Shown here piece by piece: positions 37,630-49,317 of a stretch of 64,000 bases of DNA. A program made the position numbers and the translations under genes. Each line of letters opens with the position of its first letter. The stretch's first letter is position 1. The DNA comes from Bacteroidales bacterium UBA3543 (GTDB lineage: Bacteria; Bacteroidota; Bacteroidia; Bacteroidales; UBA932): the NCBI GenBank assembly GCA_002376715.1, contig DFOK01000110.1:67-64066 (forward strand), given 5' to 3'. The notes beneath the pieces are model-generated. The model worked only from the letters and a program-made list of their open reading frames with translations, was not told the origin of the DNA and ran no database searches.

Positions 37630-39062
37630 CCCACGCTTCCTTCAAGTGATACCTGTAAAAGTTTTTGCGCCTCAACGGCAAATTCCATCGGTAGTTGATT
37701 TAGCACCTCTCTGGCATAACCGTTAACGATAAGTCCTACCGCATCTTCCTCAGGAATACCTCTCTGGCGGCAATAAAAGAGCTGATCTTCACTGATCCGG
37801 GAGGTGGTGGCCTCATGCTCGATTACGGAGCTGCGGTTGTCGCTCTCAATGACGGGGAAGGTATGAGCGCCGCATTTATCTCCAAGCAGGAGAGAGTCAC
37901 ACTGAGAATGGTTGCGCGCTCCGGTAGCGTTTGAAGCCACTTTTACCAACCCACGGTAACTGTTCTGACTATATCCCGCTGAGATACCTTTACTCACTAT
38001 GCGACTGACAGTATTTTTTCCTAAATGGATCATTTTGGTTCCGGTGTCAGCCTGCTGACGATTGTTTGTTACCGCCACCGAATAGAACTCCGAAGTGGAG
38101 TTGTCGCCCTTGAGTATGGTACTCGGATATTTCCATGTAATGGAGGATCCCGTTTCTACCTGTGTCCAGAACAAACGGCTGTTTGAGCCCTTGCATATGC
38201 CCCTCTTTGTCACAAAATTGTAGATTCCGCCTTTGCCATCCTTGTCACCAGGATACCAATTTTGAACCGTAGAATATTTGACCTCCGCATCGCGCTCCAC
38301 TATAATCTCTACCACTGCCGCGTGAAGTTGTGCCTCATCGCGCATCGGGGCTGTACACCCCTCCAGATAACTCACATACGACCCTTCATCCGCAACAATC
38401 AGAGTCCTCTCAAACTGTCCGGTACCTCTGGCATTGATACGGAAGTAACTCGAGAGTTCCATCGGACACCTGACTCCCTTGGGTATATAGCAGAAAGAAC
38501 CGTCACTGAAAACTGCAGAGTTTAGTGCAGCATAAAAGTTGTCACCGATAGGCACAACTGTTGCCAGATATTTGCGTACCAAATCGGGATAATCCCTTAC
38601 CGCTTCCGAAAAGGAACAGAATATGATTCCTTTCTCCGCAAGGGTCTCCTTAAAAGTGGTCTTGACTGAAACGGAGTCAAATACCGCATCCACTGCCACT
38701 CCGGCGAGCATATTGCGCTCATGCAACGGAATTCCCAGTTTGTCAAATGTGGCTTCGAGCTCAGGATCTATTTTACCTGAAGCACTTGTAGCCTTCGGTG
38801 CCGCATAGTAGATGATATTCTGAAAGTCAATTTCGGGTATCTCCAGATGAGCCCATGTTGGCAAGGTCATCTTCTTCCATCGGGCAAAAGCCTTGAGACG
38901 GAAATCCAGCATCCACTGGGGCTCTTCTTTTTTGCGGGAAATCATACGGATTATATCCTCATTCAATCCCTTGGGAATGAACTCCTGTTCAAGATCGGTT
39001 TCAAAGCCGTGCCGGTACTCTCCACCGGCGATTTCTTCTATGACTTTCCTCTCTTTTTTCAT
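37626..39062 (-). CDS. sufB: Fe-S cluster assembly protein SufB
   Basis: ORF 37626..39113; ATG at 39062 gives [20 protein letters not shown]. SufB motifs throughout. Confidence 0.92.
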   Translation of the reverse strand: MKKERKVIEEIAGGEYRHGFETDLEQEFIPKGLNEDIIRMISRKKEEPQWMLDFRLKAFARWKKMTLPTWAHLEIPEIDFQNIIYYAAPKATSASGKIDPELEATFDKLGIPLHERNMLAGVAVDAVFDSVSVKTTFKETLAEKGIIFCSFSEAVRDYPDLVRKYLATVVPIGDNFYAALNSAVFSDGSFCYIPKGVRCPMELSSYFRINARGTGQFERTLIVADEGSYVSYLEGCTAPMRDEAQLHAAVVEIIVERDAEVKYSTVQNWYPGDKDGKGGIYNFVTKRGICKGSNSRLFWTQVETGSSITWKYPSTILKGDNSTSEFYSVAVTNNRQQADTGTKMIHLGKNTVSRIVSKGISAGYSQNSYRGLVKVASNATGARNHSQCDSLLLGDKCGAHTFPVIESDNRSSVIEHEATTSRISEDQLFYCRQRGIPEEDAVGLIVNGYAREVLNQLPMEFAVEAQKLLQVSLEGSVG

Positions 39063-39208
39063 TATTTTAAAAAAATCAACTTTTTTATAAAAACGATGCA
39101 ACGTTTGTGCCACTTATTGCATCTATATAGTAGGTTTAGGTTTTAGTACACAAGGAAAGGGGTTTGATTCTGGCAGAGGATCAGCCCTTTTTTTTACACA
39201 TATACCTC

Positions 39209-40420
39209 TCAATTGGCCGCCCGCGAAACCACCGCTGCCAAATAACCTATCAATCCCACACCGCCTGCAATGATCATAATATCGCTCCAACGTATCACAA
39301 CGGGATAATATTCAACTATAAAATTGCCCGGCATCTTCACTAGCCCAACCTTCTGCTGCAACAGGCAGATTAGGAGTCCCAGAGCAATACCTGCCACGAT
39401 GCCCAGCAGGGAAATCATCCATCCCTCCTTTACAAAAATCTTTTTAATAAGCCGTTCATCAGCTCCCATCGACGTCAATATTTCTATATCGTCGCGCTTC
39501 TCTATGATAAGCATCGAAAGTGAACCGAAAATATTGCACGAGATGATGATCATCACAAAGAGCAAAATGGCATAAATGGCTATTTTCTCGTAAGAGAGAA
39601 GCTTGTAGAGAGACTCATTTTGCTGCTGCCGGTTTTTAACCGTAAAGGAGTCACCCAATGCCGCACTCACCTTCTTTTGGAAATCTGCATTCACCACCCC
39701 ATTAGGCGAAATAACACTGGAATCCGCATAGATTTCGACCGATGTTACCTCATCCTCATACTCAAGCAAAGAGCGGAGAGTCTCAACCGGCAGGAACATA
39801 TACTTCTTGTCAAAATTCTGGTCGAGAGAGATGATGCCACCAGGATAGAGCCTTTCGCTGCGAAGTGAAGTAAAAGGATTGACCGGCGACACATCTGCCG
39901 TTCTTGAAGGAAAATAGACGTCTAACGGTGTTACGAAAGCTATCCTCAAGCCCAGTTCCTGGGCGAGCGTATAACCTATGACCACTTGCTTTAAATCACC
40001 TAACTCCAATTCAAAATTCCCTTCCACCACATAATCTTTCAAACCGGTGACGCTTATATAGGCCGAATCTACTCCTCTTGCAGTAGCGACTATGTGGTTG
40101 TCTCCGTATGTTACAAAGACATTCTCCTCCAGCACCTCACAAAAAGAGAGCACAGCTGCATTACTCCTTATCTCCTCAAATCCTTCGCTATCAGTGGTAA
40201 AAACCTTTCCCTCAGCGGGAGTTACCAGTAAATCGGGGGTGTAACTGCTGTAGAGTGTGCGTACAATGGAGTCAAAACCATTATAGATCGACATTATCAC
40301 TACCAGAGCAGCACAGCCTATGGCAATACCCGCCGCAGAGATGCCTGATATGATATTAATCACATTGTGGGACTTCTTTGCGAAGAGATAGCGTCTGGCA
40401 ATGAAAGTCGAGAGGTTCAT
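39209..40420 (-). CDS. FtsX-like ABC transporter permease (LolE-like)
   Basis: 403 aa. N-terminus FIARRYLFAKKSHNVINIIS, a large periplasmic loop, then 3 C-terminal TM segments. Confidence 0.8.
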   Translation of the reverse strand: MNLSTFIARRYLFAKKSHNVINIISGISAAGIAIGCAALVVIMSIYNGFDSIVRTLYSSYTPDLLVTPAEGKVFTTDSEGFEEIRSNAAVLSFCEVLEENVFVTYGDNHIVATARGVDSAYISVTGLKDYVVEGNFELELGDLKQVVIGYTLAQELGLRIAFVTPLDVYFPSRTADVSPVNPFTSLRSERLYPGGIISLDQNFDKKYMFLPVETLRSLLEYEDEVTSVEIYADSSVISPNGVVNADFQKKVSAALGDSFTVKNRQQQNESLYKLLSYEKIAIYAILLFVMIIISCNIFGSLSMLIIEKRDDIEILTSMGADERLIKKIFVKEGWMISLLGIVAGIALGLLICLLQQKVGLVKMPGNFIVEYYPVVIRWSDIMIIAGGVGLIGYLAAVVSRAAN

Positions 40421-40770
40421 TACTCTTTATTGTTGAGCAACTCGTCTATATGCTCGACATAATCAAGTGAATCATCTAAAAAGAATGTGAGTTCCGGCAC
40501 AATCCTCAACTGTTTGGCCACAAGGTTACCCAGCTCTCCACGCAAACTTCTGTTCTGGGAAGCAAGGATATCCATTACCTTCTGACTCTTGTCGGAAGGA
40601 AATATACTCACATATACTCTTGCAAGCGAGAGGTCGGGACTCATCCTCACTCCGCTCACCGTTACCATAGCTCCGTCGAAGGCGGCCATACCTCGGCCTC
40701 TGATGATTTCAGCCATATCCCGCTGAATTTGCCTTGCCACCATGCGTTGTCTTTTGCTTTCGTTCTCCAT
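40420..40770 (-). CDS. rbfA: Ribosome-binding factor A
   Basis: 116 aa, RQRMVARQIQRDMAEII ... VTVSGVRMSPDLSLARVYVS. Confidence 0.9.
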   Translation of the reverse strand: MENESKRQRMVARQIQRDMAEIIRGRGMAAFDGAMVTVSGVRMSPDLSLARVYVSIFPSDKSQKVMDILASQNRSLRGELGNLVAKQLRIVPELTFFLDDSLDYVEHIDELLNNKE

Positions 40771-40790
40771 AACCTTTCTGTTATTTTCTA

Positions 40791-42092
40791 TTATTCAAAT
40801 TTCAGAATAAAATAGTTCTTCTTTCCCTTTTGTACCAAAATATATTTGCTGTCAAGCAGATGCTCCGCTGTCAGCGTGTATGCGATATCCGTTACCTTCT
40901 CTTTGTTGATGGAAAGACCGCCGCCTTGAATCATCTTACGACATTCACCCTTGGAAGGAAATACGGATGTGATCACCGCCATCATTTCAATAATATCTGA
41001 AGGGAGCTGCTCCTTACGGAGTTCAAACTGGGGAACTCCCTCAAATACTGAGAGAAAAGTTTGCTCATTAAGTGACTTTAAAGCCTCAGAAGTGGCATTG
41101 CCGAAAAGAATGGAAGAGGCATCCAGCGCATTCCGATACTCCTGCTCTCCGTGCACCATCACGGTAACCTCTTTGGCCAGGAGCTTTTGTAGATTCCTTA
41201 AATGGGGAGCCTCTAAATGTTCGGCGACAGCAGCCTCTACCTCTTCAAGAGTGAGCATTGTGAAAATCTTTATATACTTCTGTGCATCTTCGTCGCTCAC
41301 ATTGAGCCAGAACTGGTAAAAAGTGTAGGGGGAGGTGTATCTTGCATCCAGCCAAACATTACCCTGTTCGGTCTTTCCAAATTTGCCACCATCCGCCTTT
41401 GTGATTAACGGGCAAGTCATTGCAAAGGCATCTCCCGAAAGTTTTCGACGGATTAGCTCCGTACCGGTGGTAATATTGCCCCACTGATCACTGCCGCCCA
41501 TCTGGAGTTTACACCCCTCATGCTCATAGAGCCATAAAAAATCGTAACCCTGCACAAGCTGATAAGTAAATTCGGTAAAGGACATACCCTCGCGCTCTTC
41601 ACCGGAAATGCGCTTTCTCACCGAATCCTTGCTCATCATATAGTTGACTGTAATGTGCTTGCCGATATCGCGTATAAAATCCAGAAATGTAAAATCCTTC
41701 ATCCAGTCATAGTTATTGACCAGTTTTGCTGCATTGGGAGCATCACTGTCAAAATCGAGAAATCTGGAGAGTTGGGCCTTGATGGCGGCTTCGTTGTGCC
41801 TGAGAGTCGCTTCGTCTATGAGATTGCGTTCAGATGACTTCATAGAAGGGTCACCAATCATACCTGTGGCACCACCCACCAGAGCTATCGGCCTATGGCC
41901 GCAATTCTGAAAATGCTTGAGCATCATAACGCTCACCAAGTGACCTATATGGAGTGAATCTGCAGTAGGATCGATACCTACATAAGCGGATGTACGCTCT
42001 TTCATCAACTGTTCTTCCGTACCAGGCATCATGTCATGAATCATCCCTCTCCACTCCAACTCCTTAACAAAGTTCTTAGATATCTTTGCCAT
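40791..42092 (-). CDS. tyrS: Tyrosine--tRNA ligase
   Basis: 433 aa, HIGH motif (SLHIGHL), KMSKS-like KFGKT, C-terminal S4 domain. Confidence 0.95.
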   Translation of the reverse strand: MAKISKNFVKELEWRGMIHDMMPGTEEQLMKERTSAYVGIDPTADSLHIGHLVSVMMLKHFQNCGHRPIALVGGATGMIGDPSMKSSERNLIDEATLRHNEAAIKAQLSRFLDFDSDAPNAAKLVNNYDWMKDFTFLDFIRDIGKHITVNYMMSKDSVRKRISGEEREGMSFTEFTYQLVQGYDFLWLYEHEGCKLQMGGSDQWGNITTGTELIRRKLSGDAFAMTCPLITKADGGKFGKTEQGNVWLDARYTSPYTFYQFWLNVSDEDAQKYIKIFTMLTLEEVEAAVAEHLEAPHLRNLQKLLAKEVTVMVHGEQEYRNALDASSILFGNATSEALKSLNEQTFLSVFEGVPQFELRKEQLPSDIIEMMAVITSVFPSKGECRKMIQGGGLSINKEKVTDIAYTLTAEHLLDSKYILVQKGKKNYFILKFE

Positions 42093-42153
42093 ATTATTCT
42101 ATATATTTATATTATCAGTTGAGCTGACAAAGGTAGTTATTTTATAGAGATTT

Positions 42154-42186
42154 AAAAACCGCTGATGCCATAAATGCAACAGCGGC
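42154..42186 (-). terminator. Hairpin terminator downstream of the phosphopantetheinyl transferase gene
   Basis: On the minus strand, CCGCTG-n15-CAGCGG followed by TTTTT. Confidence 0.55.
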
Positions 42187-42217
42187 TATGTATGCACAGG
42201 ATACTGACAGAAAGGCA

Positions 42218-42856
42218 TTAACCCACCACCCAGACCATCACGTGATCCTCAAATACCATATATTCGAGCTCAAACTCCATCTCTACACCATCCTTATGAG
42301 TGAAAGTTGCTTCAAGTTCACCATCATCATCGGGACTGAAGCGTTCAAGCTCTATCTGCTCCGCAAAATCAACCCCATGTAGAGACATTCTCTTGTAAAT
42401 AGCCTCTTTTGCACACCAGTAGATAGCCAGATGTAGGTTCTTATGCCTCTCTGACAGGTCCTCGATCTCATCCTCGGAAAGGGCTTTCGTCTCTACTGCG
42501 GAGAAATCACGGTCGAGGGACTCAATATCGATGCCCAGTGTTTCATCCGGATGGATGATGATAGCCACAAAACGATTGGTGTGCGCAATACTAATCTCAG
42601 TGGCCATATTCTGGAGGTAAGGACGGCCGTTGTCGTGGTGACCCAGATATACCTTATCCTCGAATATCTCGTTGAGAAGGGCTCTGACTGCAAGTTTCTC
42701 CCTTCTGCGGGCTTCGCTCTTGATAAAACTCAGGTCTTCGAGCTCATCGTTGGGAATCGGAGCCGAGAGTTCCATCAGTTGCTTTTCACTCTCGGTAACC
42801 TCCCATACGAAGATTTGCGCATCATTGTCAAGTTCTTTTTTAAGATAAAGTGCCAT
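42218..42856 (-). CDS. 4'-phosphopantetheinyl transferase (Sfp-type)
   Basis: GIDIE metal-binding motif and WCAKEAIYK motif. ATG at 42856 (MALYLKK) is preferred over the track start at 42880. Confidence 0.8.
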   Translation of the reverse strand: MALYLKKELDNDAQIFVWEVTESEKQLMELSAPIPNDELEDLSFIKSEARRREKLAVRALLNEIFEDKVYLGHHDNGRPYLQNMATEISIAHTNRFVAIIIHPDETLGIDIESLDRDFSAVETKALSEDEIEDLSERHKNLHLAIYWCAKEAIYKRMSLHGVDFAEQIELERFSPDDDGELEATFTHKDGVEMEFELEYMVFEDHVMVWVVG

Positions 42857-43025
42857 AGTTATGAAAATAGGATAAGGCATCCGCCGCCTCCTAAAGCGGG
42901 GATAAGTGAATTAAAGTGAATGGGATTGCACTGTATAAAGAGGAAGGCTCGGAAGAGCTTTCGTCAGCATATGGAAATTGACAACTCGGAGGTTCCAAGA
43001 CAGCGCTGTTTAATTGGTTAACAAG

Positions 43026-43096
43026 TTGAGATACCAGGATTCGAACCTAGACAGACAGAACCAAAATCTGTAGTGCTACCATTACACCATATCTCA
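43026..43096 (-). tRNA. tRNA-Gln (anticodon UUG)
   Basis: The 71-nt cloverleaf folds by hand. Acceptor stem TGAGATA/TATCTCA plus discriminator A; D arm GTGT-AATGGTA-GCAC; anticodon arm ACAGA-TTTTGGT-TCTGT (anticodon TTG); T arm CTAGG-TTCGAAT-CCTGG. No encoded CCA. Confidence 0.9.
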
Positions 43097-43192
43097 GTAA
43101 ACTGCAAAGGTAAGAATAATTTAAATTAATCAAAACTATTCTACCTTATGAAAATTCAGATGAGAAGTAGCTGTATAGCCTTCGACCTATTT

Positions 43193-44620
43193 TTAATCTC
43201 TCATTTTAACTCTTACCTTTCTCATGGACTTGCGGCTCTTTTCTGCTGCAAAGCCCATAACATGACTTTCCACTGATGCCTCCAAAGTGCTGCTAAGCCT
43301 GGACTGGTCCTGGGCTGCTACCGCCTCAAGAAAGTCACGCACCAGTGCTAAATCGCCTCCACCATGGCCTGCTCCCTTATATTCCTCCAATTCCTCAACC
43401 TCTCTCGACCAAATTTTAGTCTTGCCCGTCTTGAAGTCCCAGGCTGTAAATATGCTCATATCTCCTTCAATGTATCCCTTCGTGCCCATAACGCGGGTTC
43501 GGCGACCTCCCCAGGGGGTAAAGGCATCCATTGTAAATGTAGCTGTCTTATCCTCTTCAAACAGCATAGTTGTCACATAATGGTCGGGTTGGTCATTATC
43601 ACATTGGAATACGCAACGACCATAGCCTGTTGTGCGAAGTTTCTCCAAGATCTCCGCATCATCATTTCTGTTCTTAAGGTCAAAGACTCCGAGGTGCTTC
43701 TTACGTCTCAAATATACATCCATTGCCGAGAACGGGCACTCGGCTTCATACGGACAGCCATCGGTACATCTGAATGGCGCACCCTCCGGCATATTTTCCT
43801 TTTTGAATAAATGCAGTGACCCTTCTGCTGAAATTACCTTGCAGGGTTTATCTATCAGCCAACGCATGATATCGAGGTCGTGACACGATTTGGCGAGAAT
43901 AATGGGAGTTGTCTCCTTCTCTACTCTCCATTTGCCACGAACATATGAATGGGCCATATGCGCAAATTCTATCGGCTCCATATGTTGAATGTTCACAACT
44001 TCTCCTATCGCTCCTGACCTGATATATTCCCTCAGTGCGATAAAATATGGTGCATATCTCAGCACATGACATACTGCCACTATCCTATTGTATTTTTCCG
44101 TCTGACGCAGTATATCCCTGCACTCTTTTTCGGTTTGGGCAATAGGCTTTTCCAAAAGCACATCATAACCAAGCTCCAACGCCTTCATACAAGGTTCATA
44201 GTGCAGATCATCAGGAGTAGCTATTACTACGACATCGGCCAGCTTCGGTTGCTCCAAAAGCTCCTTAAAGCCTACAAACGCGTTTTCCATAGGAATGCCG
44301 TGTTTTTTAATCATAGCATCTCTACGACCTTCTATCGGTTCTGCAACACCCACGATCTTAAAGTTCTCCGGATATCTCTCCGCATAGGAGGCATAGAGTC
44401 TTCCCCGATTTCCGGCTCCGACTATTATAGCTGTAATCCGCTTACCGCCCGTATCGGGTCTCAAACTGCGTAATGGGAAGTGAATCAGCTCTTCCGGCGG
44501 TAGTTTTGCAAGCTCTTCGGCTGACATGCCCGCCATACTTTTAGCCATCGCAAACGGGTCTGTAATAGCTAAGCCTGCCGTTACCAGACCAATTTGCTTA
44601 AGGAAATCTCTTCTAATCAT
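43193..44620 (-). CDS. Gfo/Idh/MocA-family oxidoreductase with Tat signal
   Basis: 475 aa. Twin-arginine leader MIRRDFLKQIGLVTAGLAI and Rossmann motif IIVGAGNRG. Confidence 0.8.
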   Translation of the reverse strand: MIRRDFLKQIGLVTAGLAITDPFAMAKSMAGMSAEELAKLPPEELIHFPLRSLRPDTGGKRITAIIVGAGNRGRLYASYAERYPENFKIVGVAEPIEGRRDAMIKKHGIPMENAFVGFKELLEQPKLADVVVIATPDDLHYEPCMKALELGYDVLLEKPIAQTEKECRDILRQTEKYNRIVAVCHVLRYAPYFIALREYIRSGAIGEVVNIQHMEPIEFAHMAHSYVRGKWRVEKETTPIILAKSCHDLDIMRWLIDKPCKVISAEGSLHLFKKENMPEGAPFRCTDGCPYEAECPFSAMDVYLRRKKHLGVFDLKNRNDDAEILEKLRTTGYGRCVFQCDNDQPDHYVTTMLFEEDKTATFTMDAFTPWGGRRTRVMGTKGYIEGDMSIFTAWDFKTGKTKIWSREVEELEEYKGAGHGGGDLALVRDFLEAVAAQDQSRLSSTLEASVESHVMGFAAEKSRKSMRKVRVKMRD

Positions 44621-44646
44621 AATATCTGTTTTAGTGTTATCTGCTT

Positions 44647-44919
44647 TTGAAATTCCATAATTCGCAATTTACACAATTTAGCCCTATCTTCAATAATTAT
44701 TTTACAAATAATTGTAAGGAGCAATTTAGCAATAGCGTGGTGCTCAACAGGGAGTACATCAAGCGATATAACCATCAGGCTATTAAAATTACCCTCACCG
44801 ATGATACCGAGATGCCGGTATCGCGAAGAAGAGCCAAAGAATTGAAAGAAACTTTAAGCGAGAGAAAAGGGTTAAGTAGTATCGTCTCATCATTTATCTC
44901 GAAGTACGAAAAAAAGTGA
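44647..44919 (+). pseudogene. Probable remnant of a LytTR-family response-regulator gene (C-terminal fragment only)
   Basis: The 90-codon ORF starts at TTG. Only the segment VVLNREYIKRYNHQAIKITLTDDTEMPVSRRRAKELKETL resembles the last ~40 aa of a LytTR DNA-binding domain. No receiver domain is present. Confidence 0.35.
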
Positions 44920-44953
44920 TCAAGAGGTTCTTGTCGCTATATGGCTTAAACGG

Positions 44954-45418
44954 CTAAAAAATATAATTCACTACAGCTTCGCCATATTTGATAAAAAGAA
45001 GGGTCCAGAGCAGAAATCTCAGACCTCTGCCAATAAGCATATAGAAAGAACATTTCCAGAATGGAACCCTGTAAAAACCTAGTGCGATTGCAAAAACATC
45101 ACCTATAAAAGGAAACCAGGTGACAAGTGCCAAAAGCGATCGCCAGCGATCTATTTTTTCTTTTTGTGCAGTCAAAGTCTCCGGTTTTACCTTGAACCAC
45201 TTCTCTATCCACTCCCATTTACCAATACGTCCTACACCATACGTAGTAAGTCCACCCGACCAGTTGCCCAATGTGCCTACCAAGAAGACTATCCAGGGAT
45301 TGACCCCTGTCAGAAGTATACCTATATAGAGTACAGTTGAATTGAAAGGCACCATGGTCGCAGCCATAAATGTGCCTAGAAAGAGTCCCGGAAGACCAAG
45401 CCCTTGAAACCATTCCAT
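44954..45418 (-). CDS. YqaA/DedA-related (SNARE-associated) membrane protein
   Basis: About 154 aa, 4 TM segments, MEWFQGLGLPGLFLGTFMAATMVPF. The track start at 45424 is TTG; ATG is at 45418. Confidence 0.7.
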   Translation of the reverse strand: MEWFQGLGLPGLFLGTFMAATMVPFNSTVLYIGILLTGVNPWIVFLVGTLGNWSGGLTTYGVGRIGKWEWIEKWFKVKPETLTAQKEKIDRWRSLLALVTWFPFIGDVFAIALGFYRVPFWKCSFYMLIGRGLRFLLWTLLFIKYGEAVVNYIF

Positions 45419-45424
45419 ACTCAA

Positions 45425-45480
45425 AACTAAATACTAGCTACTCAACTCAATACTACATACTCAGAATTCAGAACTAAACA
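45425..45480. repeat. Weak A/C-rich post-stop element (ACTAC type)
   Basis: ctactcaactcaatactacatactcag, immediately downstream of the tadA stop. Confidence 0.35.
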
Positions 45481-45915
45481 CTAGTTTCTTTTATCTCTGA
45501 AAAACTCAGTTACCAGATTGCCACACTCAATGTCCAGAACTCCTTTTACCACCTCTGTTTTCGGATGTAGGAGAGATGGGGAAAAGAGTGAATATCCTCT
45601 CTTAGGATCGTCAGCTCCATAAACAAGACGTCCGAGTTGTGCCCAGGCCAACGCTGCAGCACACATAGGGCATGGTTCCACAGTTACATAAAGTGTGCAT
45701 TCCTTCAGATACTTACCGCCAAGGTATTCCGTAGCCATGGTAATCAACTGCATCTCCGCATGGGCGGTAGGATCGGTAAGAAGTTCAGTAAGATTGTGGC
45801 CGCGTGCAATGATATGGCCCTTGCACACAACAACTCCTCCAATAGGCACTTCTCCCTGTTTAAGTGCCACTGCTGCCTCTTTAAGCGCTTCGCGCATATA
45901 TTTTTTGTCGTCCAT
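45481..45915 (-). CDS. tadA: tRNA adenosine(34) deaminase
   Basis: ATG at 45915 (MDDKKYMREAL). Deaminase zinc motifs HAEM and PCPMCAAAL. Confidence 0.9.
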   Translation of the reverse strand: MDDKKYMREALKEAAVALKQGEVPIGGVVVCKGHIIARGHNLTELLTDPTAHAEMQLITMATEYLGGKYLKECTLYVTVEPCPMCAAALAWAQLGRLVYGADDPKRGYSLFSPSLLHPKTEVVKGVLDIECGNLVTEFFRDKRN

Positions 45916-45920
45916 TGTCT

Positions 45921-45961
45921 GAAAAGAAATAAAAAGGGAGCGACCGCATAAGGTTGCTCCC
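45921..45961 (-). terminator. Hairpin plus T-tract immediately upstream of the tadA start
   Basis: A 10-bp stem (45936-45945 paired with 45952-45961); on the minus strand it is followed by TTTTTATTTCTTTTC. Confidence 0.6.
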
Positions 45962-46183
45962 CGCAAATATAATATTTCTATCCAATATAGGATTTATATC
46001 ATACCCAAAGCGCCACTTTTACCAAATCTGCATAAGGTTGCCTACGTTAGGAGGAAGTGCAAACAGGGTGTCTACAAGAGCATCGGCATCAAGACTTTGC
46101 AGCTCTACATAGTAGTTCTTATCCCTGCTGGTTTTAAGAGCATAAATATTTTTAATGGTTCTAATTAATTGATTTTTTCAGAT

Positions 46184-46225
46184 AAAAAAATTAAAAGGGA
46201 GCAACCGTAAGCACGATTGCTCCCC
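46184..46225 (-). terminator. Rho-independent terminator of groES-groEL
   Basis: Minus strand GGGAGCAA-n12-TTGCTCCC followed by TTTTAATTTTTTT, 34 nt after the groEL stop. Confidence 0.75.
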
Positions 46226-46258
46226 AATAATATTTATATTGTGTTTCTCCGATAGGAA

Positions 46259-47905
<1,647 letters not shown>

Positions 47906-47909
47906 TTAA

Positions 47910-48182
47910 TTATTTAAGTACTGCGACTACGTCTGACTGACGCATTATGAGATAATCTTTACCGTCAACACTGATTTCGGTGCCGGCATATTTGCCGTAC
48001 AATACGGTATCGCCTACGGTAAGCTCCATAGGTTCATCTTTTTTGCCGTTACCTACGGCTACTACAACACCCTGCTGGGGTTTTTCTTTTGCGGTGTCCG
48101 GAATGAACAATCCGCCTGCGGTCTTTGTTTCCGCCTCTTTAGGTTCAATCAGAACTCTGTCTGCCAATGGTTTAATCTTCAT
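47910..48182 (-). CDS. groES: Co-chaperonin GroES
   Basis: 90 aa, [14 protein letters not shown]... Confidence 0.97.
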   Translation of the reverse strand: MKIKPLADRVLIEPKEAETKTAGGLFIPDTAKEKPQQGVVVAVGNGKKDEPMELTVGDTVLYGKYAGTEISVDGKDYLIMRQSDVVAVLK

Positions 48183-48300
48183 AATATGAAATGTTTAGTT
48201 TTTTAAATCTTGTGCTTTAATTTCGGCAAAATAAATGCCACCGGCATATTTCTGCCAATTTGTCACAGTATTTTCTTTACATTTGCAAAAAAATTGATCC

Positions 48301-49266
48301 ATGATGACAAAACAATCACTGATATCTCTTCTACTTGCATCAGTATTACTGCTTACTGCCTGTAAGAACACCACTGATTTACCGGCCAGACCATTTCCCA
48401 CTCCTCAGGTACCCGCAATGCTCAGCAGCAACATGCAGCAGGCTTTCCAATATATCTCCCTTCATTTCTGGGATAAGTTGTACGCTCCGGGGGTCGAATA
48501 TTCCAAAGATACCACTTTGGTGATGGGAGTCACTCACGACGATTTCGAAGAGGCTTTTGCTATATATCTCACGGCGCTGGATAATGTGACCCTCCCTGTA
48601 ATGAATGCTGCTCAGGATACTATGCTTGCCCGCGCATCCAGACACAAACTCTCCCATCCGGAAAGCAAAGTGTGGGAAACCATCACCGAGCTTTCTGAGA
48701 AATATCTTTACGACCCCAATTCTCCCTACAGAAACGAAGAGATATTTCTCCCCGTACTGGCTCATCTCAAGGAGTCGCCTTTTACTACCGACGAAGAAAA
48801 AATGCACTATAGCCATTTGCACCGCTTATGCTCTTATAACCGCATCGGCACAAAGGCGGCAGATTTCAAATATACCCTAAAGAATGGCCGGACAGGCACC
48901 TTGCACCAGGTAAAAGCCGAATATGTGCTGCTCTTTTTCAGCAACCCGGAGTGTCAAAACTGCAAGGAGATAATCGATGCTCTCGCCGGTTTGCCTGAAA
49001 TATCGCAACTTATAGAGCAGAAGAGAGTTGCTGTACTCAATATATATCCGGATGCAGACTTGGCCGAATGGTACGACTACCAGTCGAACTATCCTGAAAA
49101 CTGGATTAACGGATATGACCAGGATTTGGTACTGAATATGCAGACCATTTACAATATCCGCGCAATACCTTCACTCTATCTGCTTGACAAAGAGAAGAAA
49201 GTTATTTTCAAGGATGCCCCGCCTGAAAAAATCATCCCCTGGCTTCAGAAGAATGTCGGCTGGTAA
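48301..49266 (+). CDS. DUF5106-type N-domain plus thioredoxin-fold (TlpA-like) lipoprotein
   Basis: 321 aa, lipobox LLLTAC. The FPTPQVPAMLSS...ISLHFWDKL N-domain pattern and a CQNC active-site motif. Confidence 0.7.
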   Translation: MMTKQSLISLLLASVLLLTACKNTTDLPARPFPTPQVPAMLSSNMQQAFQYISLHFWDKLYAPGVEYSKDTTLVMGVTHDDFEEAFAIYLTALDNVTLPVMNAAQDTMLARASRHKLSHPESKVWETITELSEKYLYDPNSPYRNEEIFLPVLAHLKESPFTTDEEKMHYSHLHRLCSYNRIGTKAADFKYTLKNGRTGTLHQVKAEYVLLFFSNPECQNCKEIIDALAGLPEISQLIEQKRVAVLNIYPDADLAEWYDYQSNYPENWINGYDQDLVLNMQTIYNIRAIPSLYLLDKEKKVIFKDAPPEKIIPWLQKNVGW

Positions 49267-49317
49267 AGCTTTTGCATCTATTTGTCGCAAAAGTGCTATC
49301 TTTGAGCCCCTTTTTTT

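Noticed and set aside
43026-43096. tRNA-Gln as an integration site for a genomic island.
   Set aside because: Both flanks are ordinary chromosomal genes (phosphopantetheinyl transferase, oxidoreductase). There is no integrase, and I saw no duplicated tRNA 3' end nearby, although my by-eye search was not exhaustive.
48183-48300. CIRCE/HrcA operator upstream of groES.
   Set aside because: No TTAGCACTC-n9-GAGTGCTAA-like inverted repeat is present in the groES upstream region.
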